Below are positions 6,156 to 7,637 of a stretch of 7,637 nucleotides of DNA, in pieces (position 1 is the stretch's first letter; each line of letters opens with the position of its first letter). The position numbers and the translations under genes are program-made. Under the pieces are notes generated by a model that was not told where the DNA came from, searched no databases, and saw only the letters and a list, made by a program, of their open reading frames with translations. The stretch is from a virus. Taxonomy: Duplodnaviria; Heunggongvirae; Uroviricota; Caudoviricetes. The stretch is from the IMG/VR virus record IMGVR_UViG_2877291059_000003, one strand, 5' to 3'.

Positions 6156-7637
6156 ATGAGAGCGATTATTCTGCTGTTCGATAGTCTGAATAAACGTTAT
6201 CTGCCTCCTTATGGCGATGCGTTAACCAAAGCGCCTAATTTCCAACGTCTGGCGGCTCATGCCGCCACCTTTGAAAACAGTTACGTTGGCAGTATGCCGT
6301 GTATGCCTGCCCGGCGGGAGTTGCATACCGGGCGATGTAACTTCCTGCATCGGGAGTGGGGGCCGTTAGAACCGTTTGACGATTCCATGCCGGAGCTGCT
6401 TAAAAAGGCGGGGATCTATACCCACCTGATAAGCGATCATTTGCATTACTGGGAAGATGGCGGCGGGAATTATCATAATCGCTACAGTTCGTGGGAGATT
6501 GTGCGCGGACAGGAAGGCGATCACTGGCATGCAAGCGTTGCGCAACCGCCTATTCCCGAGGTGCTACGGGGGCCGCAAAAGCAGACCGGTGGCGGTGTTT
6601 CTGGTCTGTGGCGCCATGACTGGGCAAACCGGGAATATATTCAGCAGGAAGCGGATTTTCCACAAACTAAAGTGTTTGATGCAGGCAGTGCCTTTATCCA
6701 CAAAAATCACGCGGAAGATAACTGGTTATTGCAGGTCGAAACGTTTGATCCGCACGAGCCGTTTCACACAACGGAAGAGTATCTTTCCTTGTATGAAGAT
6801 AACTGGGATGGACCGCATTATGACTGGCTGCGTGGCCGGGTGCAGGAAAGCGACGAGGCCGTGGAGCACATCCGTTGCCGGTATCGTTCGCTGGTGTCGA
6901 TGTGCGATCGCAACCTGGGGCGCATTCTCGACCTGATGGATGAGCACGATCTGTGGCGAGATACCATGCTGATTGTCGGCACTGACCACGGCTTTTTACT
7001 CGGTGAGCATGGCTGGTGGGCGAAAAACCAGATGCCTTATTACAACGAAGTTGCCAATAATCCGTTGTTTATCTGGGACCCGCGCAGTGGTGTAAAAGGA
7101 GAGCGGCGACAGGCACTGGTACAAATGATCGACTGGGCGCCAACGTTGTATGACTTTTTTCAACAGCCAGTGCCGCCCGATGTGCAGGGGCAACCGCTGG
7201 CGAAAACGGTCAGTCACGATGAACCAGTACGCAGCTCGGCGATGTTTGGTGTTTTCAGTGGTCATGCTAACGTAACTGATGGGCGTTATGTGTATATGCG
7301 TGCAGCGCTGCCGGGGCGTGAGGATGATATTGCCAACTACACGTTGATGTCCTGCAAAATGAACAGCCGCTATCCGGTGGATGAGATGCGGGCTTTATCG
7401 CTGGCCCCACCGTTTCGTTTTACCAAAGGGTTACAGGTATTACGCATCCCGGCACAGGAAAAATATAAGGGGTTGAATCAGTTTGGTCATTTGCTGTTTG
7501 ATCTGCAAAACGATCCGCAGCAGCTACATCCGATTCATGATGATGTGATCGAGTCCCGGATGATCGCGTTGCTGATTCAGTTGATGAAAGATAATGATGC
7601 GCCGCCAGAGCAGTTTCAGCGCCTGGGATTAGCGTAG
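6156..7637 (+). CDS. Sulfatase-family protein (alkaline phosphatase superfamily, Cys-type), 493 aa, no N-terminal signal peptide
   Basis: Complete ORF with purine-rich RBS (aaggtaggg) upstream of ATG and TAG stop at the window end. Contains the formylglycine sulfatase signature C-M-P-A-R-R-E-L-H-T-G (C49-G59, nt 6300-6332) and a GTDHG motif further downstream. N-terminus MRAIILLFDSLNKRY is not hydrophobic enough for a signal peptide. Confidence 0.85.
   Translation: MRAIILLFDSLNKRYLPPYGDALTKAPNFQRLAAHAATFENSYVGSMPCMPARRELHTGRCNFLHREWGPLEPFDDSMPELLKKAGIYTHLISDHLHYWEDGGGNYHNRYSSWEIVRGQEGDHWHASVAQPPIPEVLRGPQKQTGGGVSGLWRHDWANREYIQQEADFPQTKVFDAGSAFIHKNHAEDNWLLQVETFDPHEPFHTTEEYLSLYEDNWDGPHYDWLRGRVQESDEAVEHIRCRYRSLVSMCDRNLGRILDLMDEHDLWRDTMLIVGTDHGFLLGEHGWWAKNQMPYYNEVANNPLFIWDPRSGVKGERRQALVQMIDWAPTLYDFFQQPVPPDVQGQPLAKTVSHDEPVRSSAMFGVFSGHANVTDGRYVYMRAALPGREDDIANYTLMSCKMNSRYPVDEMRALSLAPPFRFTKGLQVLRIPAQEKYKGLNQFGHLLFDLQNDPQQLHPIHDDVIESRMIALLIQLMKDNDAPPEQFQRLGLA

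Noticed and set aside
6457-7265. ORFs inside the sulfatase gene (6457-6936 plus strand; 6726-6989 and 6996-7265 minus strand)
   Set aside because: They are embedded in or antisense to a long ORF with clear sulfatase motifs; no independent support.

Overview
This window looks like an Enterobacteriaceae (E. coli/Shigella-type) accessory region: a decayed ~5.2 kb prophage head-gene block on the minus strand (171-5364), bounded on both sides by IS1-family remnants, followed by an intact plus-strand sulfatase gene (6156-7637). The phage block reads right to left: portal (5'-truncated by IS1), Mu F-like head morphogenesis protein, DUF2213-like scaffold (two frameshifts), a ~168-aa structural protein (in-frame amber stop), DUF2184-like major capsid protein, a 73-aa ORF and a DUF4054-like head protein. 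No terminase or tail genes are present. The left boundary is the 5' part of a divergent iso-IS1 insA (1-170); the right boundary is a scrambled canonical IS1 with three direct copies of the same terminal end, an internal deletion and no IRL. The third end copy abuts the sulfatase start and carries small insertions that create a 17-bp-spaced promoter-like motif. I see no CRISPR array, tRNA or rRNA, and no convincing novel defence or toxin system. All family assignments rest on recalled motifs and gene order, not on a database search, and several lesions are single-nucleotide indels that could be sequencing errors.
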